DNA from: Escherichia phage DK-13
Sequence record: MT611523.1
Length of the DNA: 64,000 nt
Reading direction: 5' to 3' (one strand)
A model generated the notes under the pieces. The model did not search any database. It saw nothing but the letters and a program-made list of their open reading frames with translations, and was not told the DNA's origin. The translations under genes were made by a program, and so were the position numbers. Shown piece by piece: positions 45,579 through 54,883 of the stretch. The stretch's first letter is position 1. Each line of letters opens with the position of its first letter.

Positions 45579-46139
45579 TTAAGAGTTCATAGTTGGGATA
45601 ACAGAGTTCAGATAAGAGACTAAAACTTTTAGCTCGTCCTTAGTAAATACCACTTCATTAAAACCATCGTGTACTTGGGTAATACATAGTTGGTCACGAC
45701 CGCCATGTTGAACAACAGCCAGTTCAGTATTATAATTCAATTCTTCTTCGTCGCCATCAAAGGTTTCACTGGAGCGAATCAGCGCATCTTGACCTGGTAC
45801 TTTCCATTCAACTTCTGGCTTGCATTCTTCCTGGAAGAGTTTGAAAATACAATCAAAGAATTTATCAGAATCGCTAATGCTTAAGCATTCTGTATCGGTT
45901 TCAATATTAAACCCATCTTCATTTTTATAAACTTTGACCCATAAATCATAATTGATATCAAACGATGCACTATGACGTCCACCAAGATAATCCTGTTTAT
46001 CTAAAACCTTTAAATCATAAAGCGGTTTAATATCTTGGATAGTCAGTACGATTTTATCGTCTTCTTGACAAAGTTCAATTGCATTATTAACTACTTCAGC
46101 GGTCAGTTCGCCAAACAATTCAGTTGTTTCAATAATCAT
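45579..46139 (-). CDS. hypothetical acidic protein (186 aa)
   Basis: co-oriented ORF. Confidence 0.45.
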   Translation of the reverse strand: MIIETTELFGELTAEVVNNAIELCQEDDKIVLTIQDIKPLYDLKVLDKQDYLGGRHSASFDINYDLWVKVYKNEDGFNIETDTECLSISDSDKFFDCIFKLFQEECKPEVEWKVPGQDALIRSSETFDGDEEELNYNTELAVVQHGGRDQLCITQVHDGFNEVVFTKDELKVLVSYLNSVIPTMNS

Positions 46140-46149
46140 TTTCTGTTCC

Positions 46150-46440
46150 TCAACGGTTATGTTTTAAAATACTATAAAGTGCTTCTACTTGGCTTGCATC
46201 CAGGTAAATAACATCATCATCTTGCTCAATGGAAATCCCACCGGTATTTCCTTTAACAAAATTACATTCGCATACTTCAACTGGGCGGTATACGTCACCA
46301 ACTGGATGCTCAGGCTCCAGAACAATCACACCATTTTCAGAATTACCACTTGGGTCATATAACATTACAGTTTCCTCGCTAACCATGAAAAGAATAAACC
46401 AATTAAAACAGGCCCTACAGCCATTGTTAACCAAGCCCAA
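46150..46440 (-). CDS. hypothetical protein (96 aa)
   Basis: co-oriented ORF. Confidence 0.4.
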   Translation of the reverse strand: MGLVNNGCRACFNWFILFMVSEETVMLYDPSGNSENGVIVLEPEHPVGDVYRPVEVCECNFVKGNTGGISIEQDDDVIYLDASQVEALYSILKHNR

Positions 46441-46456
46441 GGTTCAAGATAGTAAA

Positions 46457-46714
46457 TCATCTCATGCTCCTGTGCCAGCAATTTCGTGGCTCACGTTTAA
46501 AAATTTTGTCGTGCATTGATTGACAACCAACACAATATATCACACCTTTAATCGCTTGTCTCCGCGCTTCAGGAATTTTTTCGTCGCAGTCAAAACAGAA
46601 TTCAGCAGACTCCCTTTCAACTGCAACTTGTGCTCTCGCATGGGTGATAGCGGCTTGGACAACCGCTTCCATCTCTAACTGTTCAGCACCATCTTTTGCA
46701 AATCCAACAGCCAT
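46457..46714 (-). CDS. TraR/DksA-type C4 zinc-finger protein (85 aa)
   Basis: CFDC-x17-CVGC four-Cys motif near C-terminus. Confidence 0.45.
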   Translation of the reverse strand: MAVGFAKDGAEQLEMEAVVQAAITHARAQVAVERESAEFCFDCDEKIPEARRQAIKGVIYCVGCQSMHDKIFKREPRNCWHRSMR

Positions 46715-46896
46715 TATTCTTTCAACTCATTCAGATAAGCAATTAATTCTTCTTTAGAACTATTCAAATCACGCTTGCACTGCTCTATTCCAGAATATGA
46801 ATAACCTTCACAATATTCAACAGCCAGGTCATTAGCAGCATTTTCAATATGCCATGCGAGTTTAATAATTTTTTCAATTTGTTCAGTAGTTAACAT
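46714..46896 (-). CDS. hypothetical protein (60 aa)
   Basis: co-oriented ORF. Confidence 0.35.
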   Translation of the reverse strand: MLTTEQIEKIIKLAWHIENAANDLAVEYCEGYSYSGIEQCKRDLNSSKEELIAYLNELKE

Positions 46897-46900
46897 AATG

Positions 46901-47137
46901 TCACCAGTATTTGTTAATGGTAGAAATTAATTCTTGGACTTGAGTGGTCTTCAGCTTGCACCCACAACCCTTTAAGGTGTCTTTAAGGAGCCATGGTTCC
47001 TTGAGCTCATCCTTTTCCAGGCGGATTCTATATCCGCGGTAATCAGCAAATATGCTTCCGTCATCAAATATCTTAATTTCAAGAATATGATTATTGGTTT
47101 CATATTCCAATGAAACCATGGTATTTGTAAGTTTCAT
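46901..47137 (-). CDS. hypothetical protein (78 aa)
   Basis: co-oriented ORF. Confidence 0.4.
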   Translation of the reverse strand: MKLTNTMVSLEYETNNHILEIKIFDDGSIFADYRGYRIRLEKDELKEPWLLKDTLKGCGCKLKTTQVQELISTINKYW

Positions 47138-47340
47138 TATTCCACCACATATGATAATGAGAAAATTGCTGATGAAAGATGGGTAGCATCTTCTTCACAC
47201 AGTTCAAATGGAGCTTTCTGTAAGAGTTCAACCACTTCTTCATCAGTGGCACTGTCCATAAAGATTGCATAATTATTAAGATAGATAACAACCTCATCAC
47301 CAGTATTAACTGCATCAATCTTGATATTTTTAATTCTCAT
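47137..47340 (-). CDS. hypothetical acidic protein (67 aa)
   Basis: ATG directly after class-A leader (CCCATCAACTACTGAGGAG). Confidence 0.45.
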   Translation of the reverse strand: MRIKNIKIDAVNTGDEVVIYLNNYAIFMDSATDEEVVELLQKAPFELCEEDATHLSSAIFSLSYVVE

Positions 47341-47409
47341 TGTGTTCTCCTCAGTAGTTGATGGGATAATAGTACACCCTTTTTATGGTGATGTAAACCC
47401 CCTAAATGA

Positions 47410-47438
47410 AAAAAGGTCCACCCGAAGGCAGACCTTTT
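47410..47438 (-). terminator. rho-independent terminator
   Basis: GGTCTGCC-TTCG-GGTGGACC hairpin followed by TTTTT on minus strand. Confidence 0.5.
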
Positions 47439-47441
47439 GAA

Positions 47442-47825
47442 TTACTCTAGTGTTAACAGATACTTAGTCTGAAAGAAAACTCCAACGATATCGTCCAGAG
47501 TCGATTGAATAGCCTTGGGTACAACTTTATAGACTCTTTCCGAGCTTTTAATCATTTCATCTAAAAACAAAATTGTATCTTTCGGCAAGTCCGAGGCGGA
47601 CGGTAATGCAGCTTTGTATTGTTTCCCGCTGTAACCTAACCATTGCTCACTGAACTGGTCGAGTGGACCTTGGATTTCTGTGAAGTAGAAATCATAAGCT
47701 TTATGGCGGGCGTAACTTTTGGTTTCAAGATGGGCGGACTTAAAATAAGCCAAAGAGACTAACAACCACCCAATATATGAATCCACCTCAGACCCACGAC
47801 CCGTTACGAAATCATCAAATTTCAT
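47442..47825 (-). CDS. hypothetical protein (127 aa)
   Basis: co-oriented ORF. Confidence 0.4.
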   Translation of the reverse strand: MKFDDFVTGRGSEVDSYIGWLLVSLAYFKSAHLETKSYARHKAYDFYFTEIQGPLDQFSEQWLGYSGKQYKAALPSASDLPKDTILFLDEMIKSSERVYKVVPKAIQSTLDDIVGVFFQTKYLLTLE

Positions 47826-48108
47826 CTTCCAATTTTACCTTCATTAATTTAGCGTACTCTCTCGCCGCAGCTTTACCATCGCTTTTGCAGGTAATTTCAG
47901 TTTCGCATTGGCTTTTGTTGTTCCATTCAGTCTTGATAAACGCCCAGAACTGTTCGGATTGGTGCACGCTTGGTTCTTTGAATTGCGAATAAATCTTCAT
48001 CGCACTATCTGCATATTGGGTAAACTTCCCATCTGTTGCAGAGGACAGATTTGGACCTAAACAGCCCAGGATTATTAGACTTAATGAAAGTCCTCGAATA
48101 AGGTCCAT
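47815..48108 (-). CDS. rI: lysis-inhibition regulator rI-like
   Basis: 97 aa; N-terminal signal anchor; SEQFWAF and KLE motifs; adjacent to tk as in T4. Confidence 0.5.
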   Translation of the reverse strand: MDLIRGLSLSLIILGCLGPNLSSATDGKFTQYADSAMKIYSQFKEPSVHQSEQFWAFIKTEWNNKSQCETEITCKSDGKAAAREYAKLMKVKLEDEI

Positions 48109-48180
48109 AAGGACTCCTATTGTTGGTCATGATTACGCTTTGCAGCCTTAACATAGCGGAATACTAGTTAGTAACTGTAT

Positions 48181-48456
48181 TTATAATCTTTTAAAATTAA
48201 AGCAGTACTCTGAAAATAAACTTGCAAAATTACGTTCGACCCAGACCCGTTGTTTTGGGCTGGTAATCGTTGACAAATAGTACGCTTGTTGCAGGCTTAT
48301 TCCGTTTTTATTCGGGCACTCTTTGTTGAACGAGTGATAGGTACTTGCAACGATTTCGACTTCGCGCTCATACCTTTCCTGGTCCTGTTGCATAGGAACA
48401 AAAACCAAAACCAGGAATATCAAAATAGAGATATACGTCCAAACCTTGTATACCAT
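48181..48456 (-). CDS. membrane-anchored protein (91 aa)
   Basis: co-oriented ORF with N-terminal TM helix. Confidence 0.4.
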   Translation of the reverse strand: MVYKVWTYISILIFLVLVFVPMQQDQERYEREVEIVASTYHSFNKECPNKNGISLQQAYYLSTITSPKQRVWVERNFASLFSEYCFNFKRL

Positions 48457-48463
48457 GCGAACC

Positions 48464-49036
48464 TCAGCTTGTTAATTCGAGCCAATGTTTTCTGCACAAA
48501 GATACGTACGATTCATTCCCACCGACCAATACTTGCTCGCCGTCCTTTACAGCAGCACCGTCGATTACTCGAGCGGTCATGGTTGCTTTCCGGCCGCAAT
48601 GACAGACGCCCTTTAATTCAACCAGTTTATCCGAAATAGCCAGAAGTCTGGCCGAACCGGGAAATAATTGACCCCGAAAATCTGTTCTTAACCCGTAACA
48701 CATAACGGGAATATTGTAATTATCAACCACTTGAGCTAACTGGTCAATTTGCTCTGGTAACAAAAATTGAGCTTCATCGACCAGGACACAATGGATATCC
48801 TTTTGAGACTCGGCCCATTTATAGAATTCAAACAGGTTCATGTCGGCCGTTACCAGGTTTGCTTCCTGGCTAATACCGATGCGTGATTTAATTTCGCCTT
48901 CCGAGTCCCGATTATCAATAACAGGTTTTAGCAAAAGCACACTCATTCCACGCTCTTTATAGGAATAAGCTGCAGTCAGCAATGAAGCTGTTTTGCCTGC
49001 ATTCATTGCTGCGTAATGATAAATTAAACTCGCCAT
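48464..49036 (-). CDS. tk: thymidine kinase
   Basis: 190 aa; P-loop YAAMNAGKT; C-terminal CHCG...C zinc motif; collinear with T4 Tk. Confidence 0.93.
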   Translation of the reverse strand: MASLIYHYAAMNAGKTASLLTAAYSYKERGMSVLLLKPVIDNRDSEGEIKSRIGISQEANLVTADMNLFEFYKWAESQKDIHCVLVDEAQFLLPEQIDQLAQVVDNYNIPVMCYGLRTDFRGQLFPGSARLLAISDKLVELKGVCHCGRKATMTARVIDGAAVKDGEQVLVGGNESYVSLCRKHWLELTS

Positions 49037-49045
49037 ATCACCTTC

Positions 49046-49231
49046 TTAAAGCGTATTCACATAAGCTATTAATTCGTTTTCTTTCGCATCAAATCGATTG
49101 GCAAATTCTTCCTGATGTTCGGCATCTATTGGACCGTATTCATCATAAAAGGCGTTTGCTTCTGTATGCTCATCCAAAAGCTCATGGATAAGCTCAAATA
49201 ATCTACTTTTCTGACTAATGCTTAAACTCAT
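49046..49231 (-). CDS. hypothetical acidic protein (61 aa)
   Basis: co-oriented ORF. Confidence 0.35.
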   Translation of the reverse strand: MSLSISQKSRLFELIHELLDEHTEANAFYDEYGPIDAEHQEEFANRFDAKENELIAYVNTL

Positions 49232-49434
49232 TTCGGTTCCCCATATCGCACAAATTTAGGATGTTCGCAATAACCAGAATGAAAACCTTCACCCTTATGA
49301 TTAGAACATCCTTTATTAGAACAGTACCACCAGTAATCAAATTCACATTCCATTTCATCGTTGCACAAAGCTGCGATTACTGGCCATTCACATTTTTCAC
49401 ATTTGGCCGTTTTAAGAATTCGGGCTTGGCTCAT
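49228..49434 (-). CDS. Cys-rich small protein (68 aa)
   Basis: multiple CxxC pairs (CEKCEWP...CNDEMEC...CSNKGC). Confidence 0.4.
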   Translation of the reverse strand: MSQARILKTAKCEKCEWPVIAALCNDEMECEFDYWWYCSNKGCSNHKGEGFHSGYCEHPKFVRYGEPK

Positions 49435-49593
49435 AATTCAATTCCGTCCATAGCCAAAATTCTTTTTCGTTGGGCCTTGAGAGCCTCGGCAGCTTGGTCA
49501 TAATCTTCTTTACTGCCGTGGGGTTGTAAAGCTGCCACCTTTTTAGCTAAATGAATAAGCTTATCTAAGTTTTCAACAATACGTTCTTGTTCT

Positions 49594-50058
49594 TCATTCA
49601 GGCTCATAATCCACCACTATCAAATCAATGTCAGGGGTAAAAATATCAATTAACATAGAGACCTTTTCCCAATCTCCACCTGCAATACCACATCCAATCC
49701 GTGGGATATAAACCACTGGTCGGAATAGTGTTCCTTCACTCAGGACTCGATTTAATTCTACCATACAATTTACTAAAGCATGATAATCAAGATTTGGTCC
49801 TGGTTCATATTGGGTGTAAAGATTAAAGCAAGTTGACGGACCTCGGGAATATTTGAAAACAATAGACATATCGCCTAGTTTTCCTCTGTAACCATAGTCG
49901 GTTGAGGTTTTGTCTATTTCTAAAATCCTTGGATAAGCCTTCGCCAACTGACCAGCTACTCCTGAACCCATTGTATGGAAGCAATTGCAACCATGTGCAA
50001 TGTTTTTACCACTAAGAAAGAGGGCGACGATATCGCCCTTAATATACTGGGTAATCAT
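49594..50058 (-). CDS. macro-domain protein (154 aa)
   Basis: IKGDIVAL ... AHGCNCFHTMGSGVAGQL follows the macro-domain ADP-ribose-binding pattern (GDIT...NAAN...GGGVAGAI). Confidence 0.55.
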   Translation of the reverse strand: MITQYIKGDIVALFLSGKNIAHGCNCFHTMGSGVAGQLAKAYPRILEIDKTSTDYGYRGKLGDMSIVFKYSRGPSTCFNLYTQYEPGPNLDYHALVNCMVELNRVLSEGTLFRPVVYIPRIGCGIAGGDWEKVSMLIDIFTPDIDLIVVDYEPE

Positions 50059-50414
50059 TTAGAGTTCAACCCTCTATTATATGAATCCACTAACCTGTCA
50101 ACCATACTGGTGCAGGCCGCCTTATATTTTGCACTTGAAAGAATGCAATCCATTTCAAATAATTTCTTTTCATATTTGTTGGATAATACATTCTTTTTCA
50201 AAAGTGTATGTTCAACATCATTTTGGCCATCTTTATATGCCGCGGTGAGCTTGGCGCTGAACTGGATTACACAATCCACATTGCTTGGTGCGCAATAATC
50301 TTTAGCCGTCCTCGTTGCATATTCTATGATGCTGTTGTTGTCATCGCTCTGTACTGAAGCTATTCCTCCCATGCTGAATACTAACCCTATGGCTAAAGTG
50401 ATAACTCTTACCAT
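50055..50414 (-). CDS. secreted protein (119 aa)
   Basis: N-terminal signal peptide; six Cys. Confidence 0.4.
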   Translation of the reverse strand: MVRVITLAIGLVFSMGGIASVQSDDNNSIIEYATRTAKDYCAPSNVDCVIQFSAKLTAAYKDGQNDVEHTLLKKNVLSNKYEKKLFEMDCILSSAKYKAACTSMVDRLVDSYNRGLNSK

Positions 50415-50416
50415 TT

Positions 50417-50959
50417 TTAATCCACCGTTTTTAATAGGCCTCGTGATTTTAAGTAGTTAGCTTTTTCTAGGACCTGTGAAGCATACGTATTACCAGCTTT
50501 CACATTCCATCCTGCGTTATATGATGATAGTGTTTTCCTTATATCCCCCTTATGAATATTCAACCAGTATGAAAGCTCAATGTAAGCCCAGCGTGCACTG
50601 TTCTCTCTCTTGCTTATCATCTTGATTATTTCTTTATCTGTCATTGTCCACCCAACCTGTTTCACGCGTTCGCGCACGGTTGGAAGATAATTTTGGAATA
50701 TACCATATGCATGATGCTTATCTTTATTTAATCCAGTATTAATCCCAGCAGAACTCTCCTGCCAGGTTAAACCAGCCATGATATATCCCAAACCATTATG
50801 TTGGTGCGGATTTTCTTTGTACTTACCATTTTTCTGGAACTGTTCTCCAAACGCATAAGCATATTGGAGGTTTTCCATTTGTTCATTACTGAAAGTAGGC
50901 TCTACGCTATGGGCAGACATACTAACTGTCAATAGTAAGGTGGCGATTACTTTTTTCAT
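50417..50959 (-). CDS. secreted lytic-transglycosylase-like protein (180 aa)
   Basis: signal peptide; SLT-like TWQESSAG ... AYGIFQ motif. Confidence 0.45.
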   Translation of the reverse strand: MKKVIATLLLTVSMSAHSVEPTFSNEQMENLQYAYAFGEQFQKNGKYKENPHQHNGLGYIMAGLTWQESSAGINTGLNKDKHHAYGIFQNYLPTVRERVKQVGWTMTDKEIIKMISKRENSARWAYIELSYWLNIHKGDIRKTLSSYNAGWNVKAGNTYASQVLEKANYLKSRGLLKTVD

Positions 50960-50969
50960 GAATTCCCCA

Positions 50970-51428
50970 TTAGATATAAATCACTTTTGTGCTAATTTTT
51001 CCTTCCAGACGATTAGAGTTAACAAACGCCATACGACAACACATGGTCGGAGACTTCCCAGGAATAGCGGGGTTAACTGTCATTCCTAACCACAGGTTCT
51101 TGTCCGTGATTTCCAGACGAAGTGGACGGTAGTTCACATTCGGGTCAATTTGTGCTTCAACTTCCGGGAGTGGTTTCATCTCCAAGAATTCAACGATTTC
51201 TTTTACATGTGGTGTGATTTTTCCAAACAAGTCAAAAACATATTGTTCATCAATTTCACGTTGGATTGCACGGTCCAACAGGTGTGGACTGTACTTAATG
51301 AAGAATGCCTCAAGGCCTGCTTCTTTACAAGCCTTGTTGATAGCATTATTAATTTTGAGGAACTCCGTTTCAAAAATGCGACGAAGTTTATTGCGGCGAA
51401 TGTAAACACTTGAATCGATAGTAGTCAT
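50970..51428 (-). CDS. regB: endoribonuclease RegB
   Basis: 153 aa from MTTIDSS; VYIRRNKLRR...KYS.HLLDRAIQREIDE.YVF collinear with T4 RegB; ORF-track start 51485 overlaps the promoter -35. Confidence 0.9.
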   Translation of the reverse strand: MTTIDSSVYIRRNKLRRIFETEFLKINNAINKACKEAGLEAFFIKYSPHLLDRAIQREIDEQYVFDLFGKITPHVKEIVEFLEMKPLPEVEAQIDPNVNYRPLRLEITDKNLWLGMTVNPAIPGKSPTMCCRMAFVNSNRLEGKISTKVIYI

Positions 51429-51455
51429 GATTATCTCCTTTTGTTTGATGGGATA

Positions 51456-51484
51456 ATCATAACTCATTTCAATCTGCTTGTACA
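51456..51484 (-). promoter_or_regulatory. early promoter with class-A-variant leader (regB)
   Basis: -35 TGTACA (51479-51484), 17-nt spacer, -10 TATGAT (51456-51461). Confidence 0.55.
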
Positions 51485-52064
<580 letters not shown>

Positions 52065-52068
<4 letters not shown>

Positions 52069-52283
52069 TTTACTTCCTCATCAGATGCAGTATCATATTC
52101 TACCAAACGAAGGCCATCATATCCACCACGAACAGAGATATATGTGCTCGGATAAACAATTTCTTTACCGTTCCATTGGCCGCCGTCCCAACATTCCATA
52201 AAGTCTTGTTCGCCTTGTCCCTGGAACCAATCAACAAACATCTTCAGAGCTTCATCAGAGCCTTCAATTGTCAATTTAGACAT
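52065..52283 (-). CDS. hypothetical protein (72 aa)
   Basis: co-oriented ORF. Confidence 0.4.
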
Positions 52284-52572
52284 ATTTTTTCCAATCAGAA
52301 ATCATATGAATCTCTTGGTCATAAGTCAAGAGACTACGAGTAATAATACCCTTACAAGGCCCAGAAATAAATTCCAGAGTAAAGTAAGGAACCTGTTTCA
52401 TTAATCGGATGCTTGGCGCATGACATCTAAAACGAGAGCCCTTAAAGGGCCCTGTCATGAATACATATTCTAATGGATAGAAATAAGCATATTCGAAATT
52501 TGTAGTAAGGTCCTCTCTTCGGACCTTACGTGAGAAATAGCAGAACTCAAAAAGTTCTTCATCAGTCATCAT
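52276..52572 (-). CDS. hypothetical protein (98 aa)
   Basis: co-oriented ORF. Confidence 0.4.
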   Translation of the reverse strand: MMTDEELFEFCYFSRKVRREDLTTNFEYAYFYPLEYVFMTGPFKGSRFRCHAPSIRLMKQVPYFTLEFISGPCKGIITRSLLTYDQEIHMISDWKKYV

Positions 52573-53096
52573 TGCATTCCTATCACAAAGAACAGTGGCA
52601 GAGGTTTAGAACCTTGGCACATAAATTTATTCATCATTGTCTGATAAGCTTCATAGAACTTATCCATCGCTGGTAGGCGAATAGGCTCTTCAATAATAAT
52701 CAATAATCGGGTAACAGACAGTCCACGATATTTGTGAAAATGATCTTCATCTAAAAATGAACGAACAGTATCATATACAACAAAACCAGGTCGTTCAACA
52801 TTAAGATGTGGCTGTGCTTTAGAAACCCGCTTTATTATATCACAGATTTCTCGTGAGCGATGCGAAGAACTCGACATAACAATTACATCATTACCCTTAG
52901 AAACCCAATCCGCAGCAAATTGTGCAATGGCACTTGTTTTACCTGTTTGCCTTCCGCCGTCAAGTCTAAGAGTACCAAACTCTTGCATTCTTGAAGCGGG
53001 TTCATACCAGGTGTATTGGTCTGAATCTAAGCGTTCAATGGCGCGTTCAGCGAAGGCGTGCATTAAGGTTAGATAAATGGGAGTTAAAAATTTCAT
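52569..53096 (-). CDS. small P-loop NTPase (175 aa)
   Basis: Walker A GGRQTGKTS and Walker-B-like LLIIIEEP. Confidence 0.5.
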   Translation of the reverse strand: MKFLTPIYLTLMHAFAERAIERLDSDQYTWYEPASRMQEFGTLRLDGGRQTGKTSAIAQFAADWVSKGNDVIVMSSSSHRSREICDIIKRVSKAQPHLNVERPGFVVYDTVRSFLDEDHFHKYRGLSVTRLLIIIEEPIRLPAMDKFYEAYQTMMNKFMCQGSKPLPLFFVIGMQ

Positions 53097-53256
53097 AGTT
53101 GCCTCTTAGTTGTGGGGCCGTTCCTTGGCACATAATTCATCCGTGTATCCGTATGTAAACCCTTTACCGCACTTGGGCTCGACCTTATTACAGGTAGGGA
53201 AAGGTCCATCACTCAGAGGACGCAACGTTCATGAGGAGAGGGTCGGCTTGCCTTTA

Positions 53257-53565
53257 TTAGAAAGAACCAGAGCCTTTAATTGTGTTCTGGCGACCTTTAT
53301 TTTCTAATTCAGAATGGTCGATTTCGTATGCTTGTGCTACACCAAAGGCCTTTTTAACTTTAGCTAAAGAACCTTTAGATGTAACAATATTAAAAGTATT
53401 ACCTTTGGTAAAATCAACCAAATCAACCAAATCAACTTGTACACCCTGTTTACCGAGGCTTGCGACAATAGCATCAACATATTGTTGGTCTAAAGTACCT
53501 TGGACTCCAATTTGGAATGCTTTAGGGGCTTTGGCTTCTGTGATAAATTCTTGATAAGTTTTCAT
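53257..53565 (-). CDS. internal (head) protein with capsid-targeting sequence, IPIII-like
   Basis: starts MKTYQEFITE (T4 CTS MKTYQEFIAE) with I-x-E processing-type site; ORF-track start 53604 lies upstream of the promoter -10. Confidence 0.6.
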   Translation of the reverse strand: MKTYQEFITEAKAPKAFQIGVQGTLDQQYVDAIVASLGKQGVQVDLVDLVDFTKGNTFNIVTSKGSLAKVKKAFGVAQAYEIDHSELENKGRQNTIKGSGSF

Positions 53566-53595
53566 TTTATATTCCATTGTTTGGCTGATAAAATC

Positions 53596-53624
53596 ATTAT
53601 ACAACCTTTTTAGTTAAGCGTACA
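53596..53624 (-). promoter_or_regulatory. sigma70-type early promoter (internal protein gene)
   Basis: -35 TGTACG (53619-53624), 17-nt spacer, -10 TATAAT (53596-53601). Confidence 0.45.
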
Positions 53625-54030
53625 CAGCTTTCCCATAGTATTTGTACCAAGCAGGCTTTTGAGAAATTTTCTCATTCAGTCTGGCTTGACTGATTTCAAT
53701 TGACCAGATTGATGGTTGATAATCATTCTTCCATTCATCAGGAATATCAGTTAAATCTTGGGTAGAAATATCTTTTATGTTAAACCCTCGCTTTAAACAT
53801 TCCGCAATAAGTTCTTGATGCCGGTTTTTAAGGAACAAAAGCTTATCATAAAAGAAGGTGACATGACCAGTCCCTAAAAGGAAAGATGATGGGATTTTAA
53901 AGTCAGAAACCTTTTTACCATTTTGCACATGCTTACGAACAGCACCAAACACGCGAGGAAGCTCACGATATTCAGCCATAAGGTGTTGGTCAGCAAGTTC
54001 AGATACCAGGGTCAAATTAATGCGAGTCAT
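53614..54030 (-). CDS. denV: endonuclease V (pyrimidine-dimer DNA glycosylase)
   Basis: 138 aa, same length as T4 DenV; [12 protein letters not shown]...[10 protein letters not shown]-terminal catalytic region. Confidence 0.92.
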   Translation of the reverse strand: MTRINLTLVSELADQHLMAEYRELPRVFGAVRKHVQNGKKVSDFKIPSSFLLGTGHVTFFYDKLLFLKNRHQELIAECLKRGFNIKDISTQDLTDIPDEWKNDYQPSIWSIEISQARLNEKISQKPAWYKYYGKAVYA

Positions 54031-54056
54031 GTTTGTTCTCCGTAGTTGATAGGGTC

Positions 54057-54085
54057 ATTATAACCCTATCGTTTGGAGATGTACA
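54057..54085 (-). promoter_or_regulatory. early promoter with class-A leader (denV)
   Basis: -35 TGTACA (54080-54085), 17-nt spacer, -10 TATAAT (54057-54062), leader GACCCTATCAACTACGGAG. Confidence 0.55.
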
Positions 54086-54355
54086 TCATTTCTTAGAGTA
54101 TTGACCCATAAGTTTAGCGATATCACCCAATTTCTGATTAAACAAATAATCCACTTCTTTGCCAGATTTATCTACAATTTGCCACTGGCCATTTCCTTTG
54201 TTACCAAAGGTCCAATCACCAACTTTAAATGAAGTTCCATTAACTTTTTTAATAGAAGTAAACTCAAAGCCTTCTTTCTTAGCTAAAAATGCCATGCGGC
54301 TTTCATCTGATTCATTTAATACAGATTCAGCCAAAAATTCTTGATACGTTTTCAT
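54086..54355 (-). CDS. internal (head) protein with capsid-targeting sequence, IPII-like
   Basis: starts MKTYQEFLAESVLNE; 89 aa. Confidence 0.6.
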   Translation of the reverse strand: MKTYQEFLAESVLNESDESRMAFLAKKEGFEFTSIKKVNGTSFKVGDWTFGNKGNGQWQIVDKSGKEVDYLFNQKLGDIAKLMGQYSKK

Positions 54356-54363
54356 ATTTTACC

Positions 54364-54855
54364 TTATTTGTATGCGTCAAAAGTTCCGGTGCGGAAAGTT
54401 TCAATAACTCGTTTAGCCCGGTTCGGAGTCTGGACTTTATACCATCTTGAGTCTGCCAGTTCCTTGGCAGCCGCTTCCCATGATTTAGCCTTCAGCAATC
54501 GCATACCCTTAGGAAAACCAGCAACACCAGCAACACCCATCTGGAATACCATATTAATGAGTGCACAACGACGAACTTCATCAAGTACATCATAAACAGG
54601 TTTTAAGACAGGATGCCTCAAGATTCCGGCTTTAGCTTTTTCGACCGAACGGTTAAACAATGTTTCAGCTTCGTGCTGGGTTATGCGACCATTACAGACG
54701 CGACCCATGAGCTTATCGAGCTCAGCACGAGCAACATCTTTTGATGGGTTCTTAGTTATCAGTTGCCCAATACCAATGGTCCAAAAACCTTCGGTATCTT
54801 TATACAAATCTAACTTACAACCTTCATCTATGCGTAACATTTCGAATATATTCAT
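54364..54855 (-). CDS. e: lysozyme (T4 e-type endolysin)
   Basis: 163 aa; [12 protein letters not shown]...YKDTEG...TIGIG with E11/D20/T26 catalytic residues; collinear with T4 lysozyme. Confidence 0.95.
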   Translation of the reverse strand: MNIFEMLRIDEGCKLDLYKDTEGFWTIGIGQLITKNPSKDVARAELDKLMGRVCNGRITQHEAETLFNRSVEKAKAGILRHPVLKPVYDVLDEVRRCALINMVFQMGVAGVAGFPKGMRLLKAKSWEAAAKELADSRWYKVQTPNRAKRVIETFRTGTFDAYK

Positions 54856-54883
54856 AATACCCCCTTATATAGGGGTATTTATT
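54856..54883 (-). promoter_or_regulatory. gene e leader: SD-sequestering hairpin plus late-promoter-like AATAAATA
   Basis: minus strand AATAAATA-CCCCTATATAAGGGGGTATT-ATG; 8-bp inverted repeat AATACCCC/GGGGTATT flanks the SD. Confidence 0.5.
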
